A stretch of 64,000 bases of DNA. Origin: a bacterium (GTDB lineage: Bacteria; UBA8248). How positions within the stretch are numbered: the first letter of the stretch is position 1; every line of letters starts with the position of its first letter. The position numbers and the translations under genes are program-made. Positions 50,079 to 59,969 of the stretch are shown here, one piece after another. The notes below the pieces were generated by a model. That model saw only the letters and a program-made list of their open reading frames with translations. It was not told the origin of the DNA and ran no database searches. The DNA lies in the NCBI GenBank assembly GCA_965199855.1, contig OZ241326.1, forward strand, positions 832,001-896,000. The letters run 5' to 3'.

Positions 50079-51431
50079 TCAAAATAGACGGGGGTCAGCA
50101 GAAAACTTATCTTTCGCCAAGTATTCACGAACCAATTCTACTGACCAAGGTTCTTTCAGTTTTTTCTTTTCAACGTCTTTGGCAAGTTCAGCGGCAGACG
50201 CAAAACTACCGCTGAGAGATGTCCCTCGCCTCTCAAAAAACTCAGTTCTACTAAGCACTACTGCAACTTCGTCTTTCGGTGCGCGCCATTCGTACACGAT
50301 TGCAACATGCTTCGAAGTACTTCCACCGCTATCAAAGTATACCGCTCCAATCAATTTAATGGATGAGGGATCGACTTGGAGTCGCAACTCCTCTTCGAGT
50401 TCCCGGACGGCGCAACTAACTAATGGGGTGCCGTTAACGGCATCTTCGCATCGGACATGTCCACCGGCCCAAATTACGAGCTTCTCATGCAAGGGATTAC
50501 TATTCTTTTTTTCATGGCGGCGAAGACGAAGGACGTCCCCGTTCGCATTCCGAACAACTACTACTGGGAGTGCCTGGACCCGAGAAGCATCATTTTCTAC
50601 CTCGTCTCTAATCAAGAAGTTGCTATCGTCACATTCTGCGAAATATCGGACCAATTCATGCGCTTTGGAATTATCAATAAAATTTCTACCTTCAAATAAT
50701 CCCGTCACGACTTCCTTGGAGCATGAAAGAATATTTTCTGCGATTTGCTCTTCTATCAAACCAAGAATGCAATCAACGACAGTTTCAGCCGTAGATTTTT
50801 GCTCTCTTTTTCTAGAAGTATCAAGGCAATATATCCGAAAATCTTCCCCAAGCTGCGAGGCGCATTGTTTGTTAACTTTCTTAATCTGCTCGAGTATCAG
50901 AGGATTCATGATGGAGCCCTCTTTTTCATCCACAGGGAGTATGCCTTGCTCACGTTTCATTGCGTCCGATGGAGAGACAAGCATTACAAAAACAGCCGAG
51001 ATTCGCTTCCTCCAATCATCAATCGTGAGAAATCTTTGGATGATTTCCCTTTCACTCGAGCGCAAGCGCGAGATTTGCTCCATCATGGTCAGCCAGCAGA
51101 TGGAATCGAAGAGCCCTCGATCGAGAAAAAGAATCTGTGGGTCATCGGCTCGTGGTGGCTCTTGTGTTTTGTCTAAAATCTGAGCGAGTGTCGTACACGC
51201 GGTCCAGATATTAAAATTCGCGTGTTTTTTATCTCGAATTGGGCAAACAGAAGCACGCTCGACAACGACATCCGTCCGAAAACCGGAACGCTTGAGAAAT
51301 GTCTGCACATGCGACAGAGTTGTCGTTTTACCTGCTTTTGGGACTCCCGCAAACTCAATGACCAACGGCTTGCGGGCTTTTTCATCAAATTGTTTCGCTA
51401 AACGCTCTGCTCGTTTTTGAAAATCTCCCAT
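50079..51431 (-). CDS. P-loop nucleotide kinase-like plus NUDIX hydrolase fusion
   Basis: IEFAGVPKAGKTT, FLDRG; VQALP, GGHV..AVRELEEEL; AT-rich compared with flanks. Confidence 0.85.
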   Translation of the reverse strand: MGDFQKRAERLAKQFDEKARKPLVIEFAGVPKAGKTTTLSHVQTFLKRSGFRTDVVVERASVCPIRDKKHANFNIWTACTTLAQILDKTQEPPRADDPQILFLDRGLFDSICWLTMMEQISRLRSSEREIIQRFLTIDDWRKRISAVFVMLVSPSDAMKREQGILPVDEKEGSIMNPLILEQIKKVNKQCASQLGEDFRIYCLDTSRKREQKSTAETVVDCILGLIEEQIAENILSCSKEVVTGLFEGRNFIDNSKAHELVRYFAECDDSNFLIRDEVENDASRVQALPVVVVRNANGDVLRLRRHEKKNSNPLHEKLVIWAGGHVRCEDAVNGTPLVSCAVRELEEELRLQVDPSSIKLIGAVYFDSGGSTSKHVAIVYEWRAPKDEVAVVLSRTEFFERRGTSLSGSFASAAELAKDVEKKKLKEPWSVELVREYLAKDKFSADPRLF

Positions 51432-51541
51432 GTCCGCCCACTCCCATTAATGACTAACTTCCAACGACGCTTTGATCTTCATCGGCATCCTTTCAGATCT
51501 TGATGGGATGGAATCTGCTATTTTCAGAGGGTCATGGGTGC

Positions 51542-51571
51542 ATTATATTCTTGACACCCCTATTGAAGCAA
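51542..51571 (-). promoter_or_regulatory. Putative sigma70 promoter of the kinase-NUDIX gene
   Basis: Minus strand TTGCTT-N18-TATAAT, about 110 bp upstream of the ATG. Confidence 0.5.
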
Positions 51572-51865
51572 ATCCACCCCGTTCAATTTCAGGACTTCAA
51601 TGCCCTTATCGGTAATACACTAACAATCTTTTTGGCCTTTCAACTATTTTGAAATTTTCTAAGTATCCCTTTCTCCTCATAATCGGGACTTATTGCAAGG
51701 ACAGGTTTTCACCTTTCGTCATTTTTTAAGAGGTTCTCTTGCCTTTCGTGGTTCAATATTGTGTCAATTCAAGCTACGGGCGTGAACACCACAACGAGGA
51801 TACATACGCGAGGATTTACAGGGAACACCCCCCGCGCGCATTCGCCCGCATTGGCGGGCGGCGGC

Positions 51866-52477
51866 TCATCGCTCCCCGGGCTTCTCCCAGTAAATCCACA
51901 GACCGCGCCTTGAGGCGACGCGGGCGGACGCGCCGATTCCGGCGCGCCGGGCGACGGCTTCCGCCTCCGCGCGGGAGAGGCGCTTCTTGCCCAGGCGGTC
52001 GTTCAGCTCGCGCGCGGCGGGCAGGAGCGACTCGACGAGCGCGTCCGGCGCGCCCGCCCCGAAGCCGCCGCCGTGCGCGCCCAGGCCGCCGGGCCGGAGG
52101 ACGCGGTTCATCTCGCCGAGAATCTCCTCCTGCCGCTCCCAGAAGAACAGCCCGCCCCGGAAGACCACCAGGTCGAAGGCGTCCGCCTCGAAGGGCAGGC
52201 GGTATTTGTCGAGCGGCGCCACGCGGACGCGCGCGCTCATGCCCGCCTCGGCTATCCTCTCGGCCAGATAGCCGTTCAGGAGGTCGGAATCGTCCCCGCA
52301 GACGAGGCGCATTCCGGGACACCGCGCGGCCAGGGCGAGCGCGACGCCGGGGCCGTAGGGGCCGATTTCGAGAGCGTCTCCCGCGTCGCGCCCGTATCGC
52401 GCGTGAATCTCCTCGGCCGCGTAGGCGTAGAAGGGCTGAAAGTGGGCGTTCACGGCGCGTATCAGGTCGAAATCCAT
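51866..52477 (-). CDS. Class I SAM-dependent methyltransferase
   Basis: LEIGPYGP, LPFEADAFDLV, RVLRPGG. Confidence 0.85.
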   Translation of the reverse strand: MDFDLIRAVNAHFQPFYAYAAEEIHARYGRDAGDALEIGPYGPGVALALAARCPGMRLVCGDDSDLLNGYLAERIAEAGMSARVRVAPLDKYRLPFEADAFDLVVFRGGLFFWERQEEILGEMNRVLRPGGLGAHGGGFGAGAPDALVESLLPAARELNDRLGKKRLSRAEAEAVARRAGIGASARVASRRGLWIYWEKPGER

Positions 52478-52659
52478 GCGGCGATCCCTTCCCGGGCGAC
52501 GGCGCTTCCCGAAGCGGATGATACGCGGCCCGCCGCCCCGGCGGAACCCGCGCCCCGCGAGCGGAGCCTGCCCGGAATCGCCGCCCCCCGGTTTTCAAGG
52601 CCGCCTCTCTCGCGTATGCTGTCGAAAAACCGGAAGGACGAGCGCAGGGAGAGACCCCG

Positions 52660-53745
52660 ATGGACGCGGCGGGCGAAGCGGCGGACGTATATGAGGCGAT
52701 GGAGGCGTATCACGCCAGGGGCTGGACGGACGGCCTGCCCGTCGTCCCCCCGACGGCGGAGGCGGCGGAGCGCTTCCTGGAGGCCGCCGGGCTGGAGGCG
52801 GAGGACGCCGTATTCCATCTGGCCGAGCGCAGGCGAACCGTCCGCGCCGGGAAGGTGGCGCTCAACGCCGTCATGGCGGGGTGCCTGCCCGCCTACATGC
52901 CGGTGATTCTCGCGGCGCTCGAGGCGATGGCCGATCCGGCCTACAACCTGCATTCCAGCGCCACCAGCACGGGCGGCGCCGCCCCCTTCATGGTCGTCAA
53001 CGGCCCGGTTCGCCGCGAGATCGGCCTCAACATGGGGGGGAACATCTACGGGCCGGGCAGCCGCGCGGGCGCGACCATAGGCCGCGCGCTCCGGCTCGTC
53101 ATCATCAACTGCCTGGGCTCGAAGCCGGGGCTTCTGGATCGCTCCACCCAGGGGAATCCGGGCAAATACAGCTTCACCTTCGCCGAATGGGAGGAGAAGA
53201 GCCCTTGGGAGCCGCTGAGCGCGGACCTGGGCCATCCCGCCGGAGCGAGCGCGGTGACCCTCCTCGCCGCCGAGGGGCCGCACAACATCCAGAACCACTA
53301 CGGGCGGGGGCTGGGGATAGCCCGCACCGCCGCGGCCACCATGGCGGGGCTGGGCAGCATGAGCGAGGGACAGTCCTTCTTCGTGTTCGCTCCCGAGCAC
53401 GCGCACCTTCTGGCGGAGGAATTTCCGACGAAGAGGGCGCTCCGGGAGTATCTCTTCGAGAACGCGACCCTCCCCCTCGACCTCCTGCTCGAGACGGGCA
53501 AAATCGACAGGCCCGTCGCCGCCGATGAAAAGGGCCGCGTGCGCCACGCCCTCGCGCCGGAGGACATCCACGTCGTCGTGGCGGGAGGCGAGGCGGGCGG
53601 GCACTCCTCCTGGGTGCCCTCCTGGAGCAGGCGGCGAAACGGCGAGGCGGTCACCCGCCCGGTGCTGGGCGCGGAGGCGCGGCGCGCGCTGAAGAAGCAA
53701 GGCCGCCCCATGGGGGATGAACGCAGGGGAGGGAGCATCGAATGA
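52660..53745 (+). CDS. UGSC-selenoprotein-associated conserved protein
   Basis: GWTDGLPVVPPT, VALNAVMAGC, VNGP, TIGRALRL, GNPGKY; overlaps next gene (ATGA). Confidence 0.85.
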   Translation: MDAAGEAADVYEAMEAYHARGWTDGLPVVPPTAEAAERFLEAAGLEAEDAVFHLAERRRTVRAGKVALNAVMAGCLPAYMPVILAALEAMADPAYNLHSSATSTGGAAPFMVVNGPVRREIGLNMGGNIYGPGSRAGATIGRALRLVIINCLGSKPGLLDRSTQGNPGKYSFTFAEWEEKSPWEPLSADLGHPAGASAVTLLAAEGPHNIQNHYGRGLGIARTAAATMAGLGSMSEGQSFFVFAPEHAHLLAEEFPTKRALREYLFENATLPLDLLLETGKIDRPVAADEKGRVRHALAPEDIHVVVAGGEAGGHSSWVPSWSRRRNGEAVTRPVLGAEARRALKKQGRPMGDERRGGSIE

Positions 53746-54275
53746 ACCCGGCGATACCGATTTACGACCCGACCGTGGAGCCCGAGACCGAGGCGGGCGA
53801 GCGCCCGCGCCGGGACGGCGCGCTGGCGGGCAGGCGCATCGGCCTGCTCTGGAACTCCAAGGCGGGCGGCGACAAACTGATGCGCTACGCGCTGGAGGAG
53901 CTCCGGGCGGACGGGGCGGACCCCGCCCTCGCCATCGAGCTCTCCAAGGAATACGACACCCGGCCGGCGCGGCCCGAGGTCTATGCCGAAATGGCCGAGC
54001 GGTGCGACCTCGCCATCACCGCGGTGGGCGACTGAGGCTCCTGCTCCTCGTGCAGTGTGCACGACGGAATCGAGCTGGAGAAGAGGGGCGTCCCCACCGC
54101 CGTCATCTGCACCGAGCCCTTCCGGCCCACGGTCGAGATGGTCGCCAGGGTGCGCGGGATGCCCGGCTATCCGGTGGCCTACATTCCCCATCCGGTGGGA
54201 AGCCTGACGGACGCGCGGCTCAGGGAGCGCGCGCGCGCGGTCGCCCCCGAAATCCGGGCGCTCCTCACGGGCTGA
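53742..54275 (+). CDS. UGSC-family selenoprotein (Sec at TGA 54033-54035)
   Basis: In-frame read-through gives TAVGD-U-GSCSSCSVHDGIELEKRGVPT; SECIS-like hairpin follows. Confidence 0.88.
54048..54064 (+). promoter_or_regulatory. Putative bacterial SECIS hairpin
   Basis: TCGTGCA-GTG-TGCACGA, perfect 7-bp stem with a G-starting loop about 20 nt after the UGA. Confidence 0.7.
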
Positions 54276-54297
54276 CGCGCGAAGCCCCCGGGGCCGC

Positions 54298-55179
54298 CTA
54301 CATCGCCTTCAGCGCGATGAGCGCCCCGCCCGCCACGACCGAGAGCGTCCCCAGCAGGATGGGGGGCGTTATGCGCTCCACGTCGCGCAGGAACATCCAG
54401 GCGAACAGCAGCGCGAAGAGCGGCGCGGTGGAGGAGAGCGGGGAGACCACCGAGACGTCCCCGTATTTGAGCGCAGCGAAGTGGCTCAGAAAGGCCAGCG
54501 TGTTGATGATCCCGCAGGGGCCGTAGAAGCTCCAGGCGCGCCCGCGCCCGAGGGAGGGGCGCTGGGCCCGCGGCAGAAATCCCACGAGGACGAGCAGTGC
54601 CGCCAGGCCGAACGCGCTGGTGAGCGTGATGCCCAGAAGCGCCGAGGGAACGAGGTCGATTCCGATCTTCCGGAAAATGTTGGAGGCGGAGAAGCCGAGC
54701 ACGGCCACGAGCGGCAGCCAGACGGCGCGCCTGTCCCAGGGGGCGTCGCTCTTCCGCCGCCAGGTGATGCCCGCGCAGCCGAAGACGACCAGGAGGATTC
54801 CCGCCCACACCCAGAAGCCCGGCCGCTCGCCCAGGAAGACGAAGGCGAAGCCCGCCGAGAAGAGCGGATTCGCGGCGAGAAGCGGAATCGCGCGCGACAC
54901 GCCCAGGCTGTGGATGGCGCGGAACATGAACACGCGGCCTATCGCCGGCCCCGTGACGCCCGAGAGGAAGAACCAGAACCACGCCTCCGCGCTCCACCAG
55001 GCGGGCTCCCAGGCGAGAACGGTGAGCGCGGCGAGCCAGGGGACGCTGACGATCAGGCCGATGACGACGCCCGTAAGCGCCGTTCCGTGCCGCTGCCCCC
55101 GCCGGGCGATGAGGCTGAACGCCGAGGACATCGACGCCGTGCCCAGGGCGAACCCCGCCGCCAGCAGCGCGTCATTCAT
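54298..55179 (-). CDS. DMT/EamA family transporter
   Basis: About 10 TM segments, two EamA repeats, FLGERP, VSVVSPL. Confidence 0.9.
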   Translation of the reverse strand: MNDALLAAGFALGTASMSSAFSLIARRGQRHGTALTGVVIGLIVSVPWLAALTVLAWEPAWWSAEAWFWFFLSGVTGPAIGRVFMFRAIHSLGVSRAIPLLAANPLFSAGFAFVFLGERPGFWVWAGILLVVFGCAGITWRRKSDAPWDRRAVWLPLVAVLGFSASNIFRKIGIDLVPSALLGITLTSAFGLAALLVLVGFLPRAQRPSLGRGRAWSFYGPCGIINTLAFLSHFAALKYGDVSVVSPLSSTAPLFALLFAWMFLRDVERITPPILLGTLSVVAGGALIALKAM

Positions 55180-55371
55180 CGCTCCATGCGCCTCTCCCCC
55201 GCCTCGCCGGAACGAAACCCCGCGCCCGACTCCCGCAAGCCTCATACCAGAGGCGGGAGCGGGCGGCTATCGGGCGCAGGCTCCCGGCGCGTCGCTCGCC
55301 CCCCGGCGCGTTGTCAGCCCTTCTCCCAAGCCTTATAGTGCCTCCTCCGCTCATTCCGTATCGGGGACGCC

Positions 55372-56520
55372 GTGAGCCTGCTTCCGCAAATGGACGTGGA
55401 TGACGCCGCCGCGCGGCTGGCCTCGGCGCGCGAGGTCATGCGCGCGGAGTATCGCAAGAGGCACCGCGATCCGTGGGTCGTCGCCTACTCCGGCGGCAAG
55501 GATTCGACCCTGCTCCTCCATCTGGCGTGGGAGGTCATGCTGTCGCACCCTCCGGAGGAGCGCAGGCGCGAGATTCACGTCGTGGCGAACGACACCCTCG
55601 TCGAATCGCCCCTCGTCATCCGGCATCTGAAGAAAAGCCTCAACGCCATCCGCAAGGCGGCGGAGAAGGATCGCCTGCCCGTTCGCGTCACCCTGACGAA
55701 GCCCTGCGTCGATCAGACCTTCTGGGTGAACGTGATCGGGCGCGGCTACATTCCGCCGACGCGCAACTTCCGGTGGTGTACGGACAGGATGAAGATAAAG
55801 CCAACCGAATACGTATTGGAAAAACTGATGCTCGCCCACGGGCGCGCCGCGCTGCTGGTCGGAACCCGCAGGAGCGAATCCCAAACCCGCCGCCGCAGCA
55901 TGAAAAAGCGCGGCGTCCGCGCCGACAGGATGAAGCCGCACGGAAGCGTGAAGGGCCTGCGTATGTTCGCGCCCCTCGCCGACCTGCGGGACGAGGACGT
56001 GTGGATGATTCTCATGCAGCTCAAGCCGCCCTGGGGCGGCTCCCACCGCGACCTCGTCACCCTCTACCGCAACGCGGGCGGCGGCGACTGCCCGCTCGTG
56101 CTGAGCAAGGAGGACGCCCCCTCGTGCGGGACGACCTCGCCGCGCTTCGGCTGCTGGACGTGCACCGTCGTCAAGAAGGACAGGAGCCTGCGCGGGCTGA
56201 TCGACTCCGGCCACGAGGAGGAGAAGCTCGAGGCGCTCGCCGACTTCCGGGAGTGGCTCATCGAGCTGCGCGAGAACGACGGAAACCGCATGACGGTGCG
56301 GCGGGACGGCAAGATCAAGCTCAGGACGAACGGAGAGGTCGTCATGGGGCCGTTCCGCTTCGAGGCGCGCGAGGAGATTCTTGCGCGCCTGCGGAAACTG
56401 GAGGGCGAGGTCGGGGAGCGGCTCATCTCGCCATCGGAAATCGAGATGATCGAGGACATCTGGCGGGTCGATAGAATCCGCGAAGACGGGCGGCTGGCGC
56501 TGATAGAGGCGTGCGGATGA
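55372..56520 (+). CDS. dndC: DNA phosphorothioation sulfurtransferase DndC-like (PAPS reductase family)
   Basis: PWVVAYSGGKDST, DTLVESP, FWVNVIGRGY, FRWCTDRMKIKP, GTRRSES, PPWG, CPLV, RFGCWTCTVV. Confidence 0.9.
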   Translation: MSLLPQMDVDDAAARLASAREVMRAEYRKRHRDPWVVAYSGGKDSTLLLHLAWEVMLSHPPEERRREIHVVANDTLVESPLVIRHLKKSLNAIRKAAEKDRLPVRVTLTKPCVDQTFWVNVIGRGYIPPTRNFRWCTDRMKIKPTEYVLEKLMLAHGRAALLVGTRRSESQTRRRSMKKRGVRADRMKPHGSVKGLRMFAPLADLRDEDVWMILMQLKPPWGGSHRDLVTLYRNAGGGDCPLVLSKEDAPSCGTTSPRFGCWTCTVVKKDRSLRGLIDSGHEEEKLEALADFREWLIELRENDGNRMTVRRDGKIKLRTNGEVVMGPFRFEAREEILARLRKLEGEVGERLISPSEIEMIEDIWRVDRIREDGRLALIEACG

Positions 56521-58298
56521 GTATCTCGAACGGCACCGGGACTATCATCAATACCAAACCGATGATCTTCTCGCATCTGTTTCATACAGGAAGATTTGAG
56601 GTCCCTTGGCACCAACGCCGCTACGACTGGACGAAAGAGCACGTCTGGGAGCTGTTGCGCGATATTGACGAAGCCGTCAGAGAAAAGCGCAAGTGCTATT
56701 TTCTCGGCGCGATCATGCTTTTGCAAAAAGACGAAAGAGTTTGGGAAATCAACGACGGCCAGCAACGCATGGTGACGTTTTCTCTCATCTGCGCCTGCCT
56801 CTGCCGCTTGTTCTATGAAGCGAGCGAACAGCTTCACGAGAACCGCGCACTTCGGGTTTTGTTCAACTTAGATGTGAACAGTACCGCACGATTGCCCGAC
56901 GCCGCCGAACTTGACCCGCGGCTTACACCGCCACGAGACGACAAGACCCGCTACAACCTGATGATTCGAGGAGAAAGCATCGGGACCAACGGCAAGCTCA
57001 CCGATGCGTGGGCGGAAATTGAGCGATTCTTTGAGGGCATGGAAATAGAAAAGCATAAGCAGTTCATGGATTATCTACTCAACAACATCGAAGTCGCGTG
57101 CCTGTACATCCCGGACGACGTTGACCCAAACTCCGTCTATGAAACACTCAACTGCCGGGGAAAACAGCTCGAAGATTTAGACCTGATCCGCAACTACCTG
57201 TATTCCTACTTCAACGCCGCTGAGGAACAACCCCGCCGCGACACAGTGCATGATAATCTCGAAAATATACGCACCCAGCTTAGAACAGACGCAAAAACAG
57301 GTGAATATGCGCGATGTTATTTTCAGTGCAAATATGGCTTTTTGCCAAAGCAAAAATTTTACCGCACGGCCCGCATCAAAATCCGTTCCCTGCTGAGCCC
57401 CGAAAAGCCGGCGGATGACATCTATAATTTGGTGACCGACTTCGCCCGCCAAGAGCGAGTAGAGATTTTTCAGACAATCACAAATCCGAGTGCAACAGAT
57501 TCTCTGATCAAAACCTTTCAAACACATTCCAACTCGAACAGAACCAAGCGAAATTTGTCGATTTTCCTACAGGAACTGAAAAACTATAAAGTAGCGCAAC
57601 CCATGGTGTTCGCGTTGCTAAACCGCTATGTCATGGAATCAAACGCGACAGAGAAGAGGCGTTTGGCGAAGCGCATTCACGGCAACCTGAAACACATTAC
57701 TTCTTTTGTCATGCGGACGGCTTTCGTCGCTCCCAAATTCGAGCCCTCACACTTCGAGAGCGAATTTTCCAGCCTCGCGAAAAAGATCATGTCAGCCGAA
57801 AAGCCTGACAATATCGACATCATGCGCTCCCTAAAAGAGTTTGACGGCACTTATGGAATAATCGACGATGACAGATTCATTGACAAGATGAAGGTTGTCG
57901 AAATGCGAAATACGCGCGATACGAGAAGAAAGCGTTTTCTGCTCGGCGTGAACCACTCCATACAAAGAGACAGTAGCCTGCTCAACGAAACACAGTGCAC
58001 CGTCGAGCATATTTTTCCCCGGTCTGAGGAACATTGGCAGGGCTGGCATAATTTCGAGGAGCATAATCCCGAAGATTGGGTGCATAGGCTTGGCAATCTG
58101 ACGCTACTGGGACAAGAAGACAACAAACCGGGGAGAGACGACAATAGAGATTTCTCTCGCAAAAAAGAAGTTTTCGATCGGAGTGCAATCACGCTTACCC
58201 GAGAATTGCTTGATCGGGAAGATTGGTCTCCGAAAGCGATAACCGCCAGGCAGGAAAAATTGGCGAAAATCGCCGCAAAGGAAGTGTGGTCTTTTTAA
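56517..58298 (+). CDS. DUF262 plus DUF1524 (HNH) protein, GmrSD/SspE-like endonuclease
   Basis: QRRYDW, DGQQR, YETLNCRG; TVEHIFP, LGNLTLL; ATG overlaps dndC stop (ATGA). Confidence 0.92.
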   Translation: MSISNGTGTIINTKPMIFSHLFHTGRFEVPWHQRRYDWTKEHVWELLRDIDEAVREKRKCYFLGAIMLLQKDERVWEINDGQQRMVTFSLICACLCRLFYEASEQLHENRALRVLFNLDVNSTARLPDAAELDPRLTPPRDDKTRYNLMIRGESIGTNGKLTDAWAEIERFFEGMEIEKHKQFMDYLLNNIEVACLYIPDDVDPNSVYETLNCRGKQLEDLDLIRNYLYSYFNAAEEQPRRDTVHDNLENIRTQLRTDAKTGEYARCYFQCKYGFLPKQKFYRTARIKIRSLLSPEKPADDIYNLVTDFARQERVEIFQTITNPSATDSLIKTFQTHSNSNRTKRNLSIFLQELKNYKVAQPMVFALLNRYVMESNATEKRRLAKRIHGNLKHITSFVMRTAFVAPKFEPSHFESEFSSLAKKIMSAEKPDNIDIMRSLKEFDGTYGIIDDDRFIDKMKVVEMRNTRDTRRKRFLLGVNHSIQRDSSLLNETQCTVEHIFPRSEEHWQGWHNFEEHNPEDWVHRLGNLTLLGQEDNKPGRDDNRDFSRKKEVFDRSAITLTRELLDREDWSPKAITARQEKLAKIAAKEVWSF

Positions 58299-58422
58299 GC
58301 TGTTGCATGGAAAGACATTTTGGGAGATATTGAACTGGAGGATGGTTGATTCAGTTGTCGCACAAAGTAGTATTCACATGCCAAGAACAAAGGGCGCAAA
58401 ATTATCGTAAGGGGTCAAACCT

Positions 58423-59241
58423 ATGGCAAGGATTGTCGAATATCGGGAAATCCCGCTTGATCAACTGGTCATCAGCAAGGGACAAGCGCGAGTAGAGAAT
58501 GTTCGGCAAGGAATTGAGGATTTGGCCAGGAGCATTGAGGTACAAGGACTTCTGCAACCGATTGTAGTGTGCCCGGCAACGCAGGAAGGAAAATACGAAA
58601 TACTTACGGGGCAACGACGTTTTCTTGCGCATCAAGAACTGAAAAAGGAAACCATCACTGCCGCTGTTCTTGATGAGCGCGTTGAAGAGGAACAAGCCAA
58701 GACCATCTCAATTACCGAAAATCTGATGCGGCGCAAGCTATCCGGGAAAGAACTGATCGATGGAGTCACTTATTTGCACAACAAATACGGGAGTGCAAAA
58801 GCTGTAGCCGAAGCCACGGGCCTACCCTCCAATGATGTCAGGCAATATGTGAAGTATCCGCGGCTAATACCCAAACTGAAAAAAATGGTCGATGACGGTC
58901 TCGACATCAAGGTTGCCTTGAAGGCTCAGGATGCCGCTACAGAAGGCGATGAAGTCAACCACGAAGACGCTATCAAACTAGCGCAGGAAATGCCCCCGAT
59001 GTCTGGCGCCCAACAGAAAAAGCTCGTTCAAGAGCGTAAAAGTCATCCTGACAAACCGATCGATGATGTAATCGAAGACGCGAAAACCGGCTCAAAGATC
59101 ACCCAGGTACTCGCAACCGTAACCCGAAACACGCATGTCGCTATCCAGAAATTCGCCAATGAGGAAGGATATAACCAGGATGAAGCGGCGGCAGTTCTCA
59201 TTGAGGAAGCGTTGATCGGTCGCGGCCTCCTGGAAGAATAG
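58423..59241 (+). CDS. ParB/Spo0J-family protein (CTPase, HTH, RHH-like tail)
   Basis: LARSIEVQGLLQPIVV, YEILTGQRRFLA, ITENLMRRKLS. Confidence 0.9.
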   Translation: MARIVEYREIPLDQLVISKGQARVENVRQGIEDLARSIEVQGLLQPIVVCPATQEGKYEILTGQRRFLAHQELKKETITAAVLDERVEEEQAKTISITENLMRRKLSGKELIDGVTYLHNKYGSAKAVAEATGLPSNDVRQYVKYPRLIPKLKKMVDDGLDIKVALKAQDAATEGDEVNHEDAIKLAQEMPPMSGAQQKKLVQERKSHPDKPIDDVIEDAKTGSKITQVLATVTRNTHVAIQKFANEEGYNQDEAAAVLIEEALIGRGLLEE

Positions 59242-59246
59242 ACTAG

Positions 59247-59969
59247 ATGATCTCCGGTTTGAGTTCCTTGGAACTTGGGCGTCTCCGAATGTCCGTGGGC
59301 TACGGAGCAAACAAGAAGGGCCGACTTCTCTCTCCCATAGAAGTTGCTTCGCTTCTTCACAATGCGCGCCACGAGGGCGCTTCTCTTAGTGACTGCGCAA
59401 CCGCAATCCACCTTAACGAAACGGGCGCCAGTCGTTTTCTTCGCATTCTAAACCTCCCCCAGGATATTCAGCATCTAATCGACTGGGGAACTCCCCAAAA
59501 TGGCATTGGCTTTTCGACTGCCGTTGAGCTGGCCCGGCTTCAGGATGTTGACGATCAGCGCGCTGTCGCCGACTCGATTCTCTCGATCGGCCTAACCAGC
59601 AAAGAAGTCCGACAAGTCGCGCAACTCCGGATCAGATCGGGGCGCTCCATTGGCGCGTGCGTCAAAGAAGTCTTGGGAATGCGCCCAACTATCGAGAGAC
59701 GCTATGTTTTTATTGGCTCAGTACTTGAGCAGGGCATTGCGGATGCGCTCACCGAGCTTACTCAAGCGGAGAGAGATTCCATCCTTGAATCAGGCATTGA
59801 GCGACTCCATCTTCAAGGAGCATCCGGCCGGCTTGGAAAGCGGCTCTTCACGCTGGTCGGGGACGAGAGCTTTAACGAATCGATGAAAACTGTCGGCAAG
59901 GAGAACATCGAGGAGCAGCTCTGCAACCACATCGCAGAGGCTGTCGGGAATGCCTTCTCCCACCGTTGA
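59247..59969 (+). CDS. ParB-like HTH protein lacking the CTPase domain
   Basis: LSPIEVA..GASLSDCATAIHLNETGASRFLRILNLPQDIQ..IGFSTAVELARL resembles the ParB/KorB central domain. Confidence 0.7.
   Translation: MISGLSSLELGRLRMSVGYGANKKGRLLSPIEVASLLHNARHEGASLSDCATAIHLNETGASRFLRILNLPQDIQHLIDWGTPQNGIGFSTAVELARLQDVDDQRAVADSILSIGLTSKEVRQVAQLRIRSGRSIGACVKEVLGMRPTIERRYVFIGSVLEQGIADALTELTQAERDSILESGIERLHLQGASGRLGKRLFTLVGDESFNESMKTVGKENIEEQLCNHIAEAVGNAFSHR

Noticed and set aside
50179-51183. 334-aa antisense ORF in the AT-rich islet
   Set aside because: Ser/Thr-rich mirror of the kinase-NUDIX gene with no RBS or motif; the open frame can be explained by codon symmetry
58423-59241. Chromosome or plasmid partition locus
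   Set aside because: No parA, no rep gene and no parS palindrome (TGTTTCACGTGAAACA-like) seen nearby
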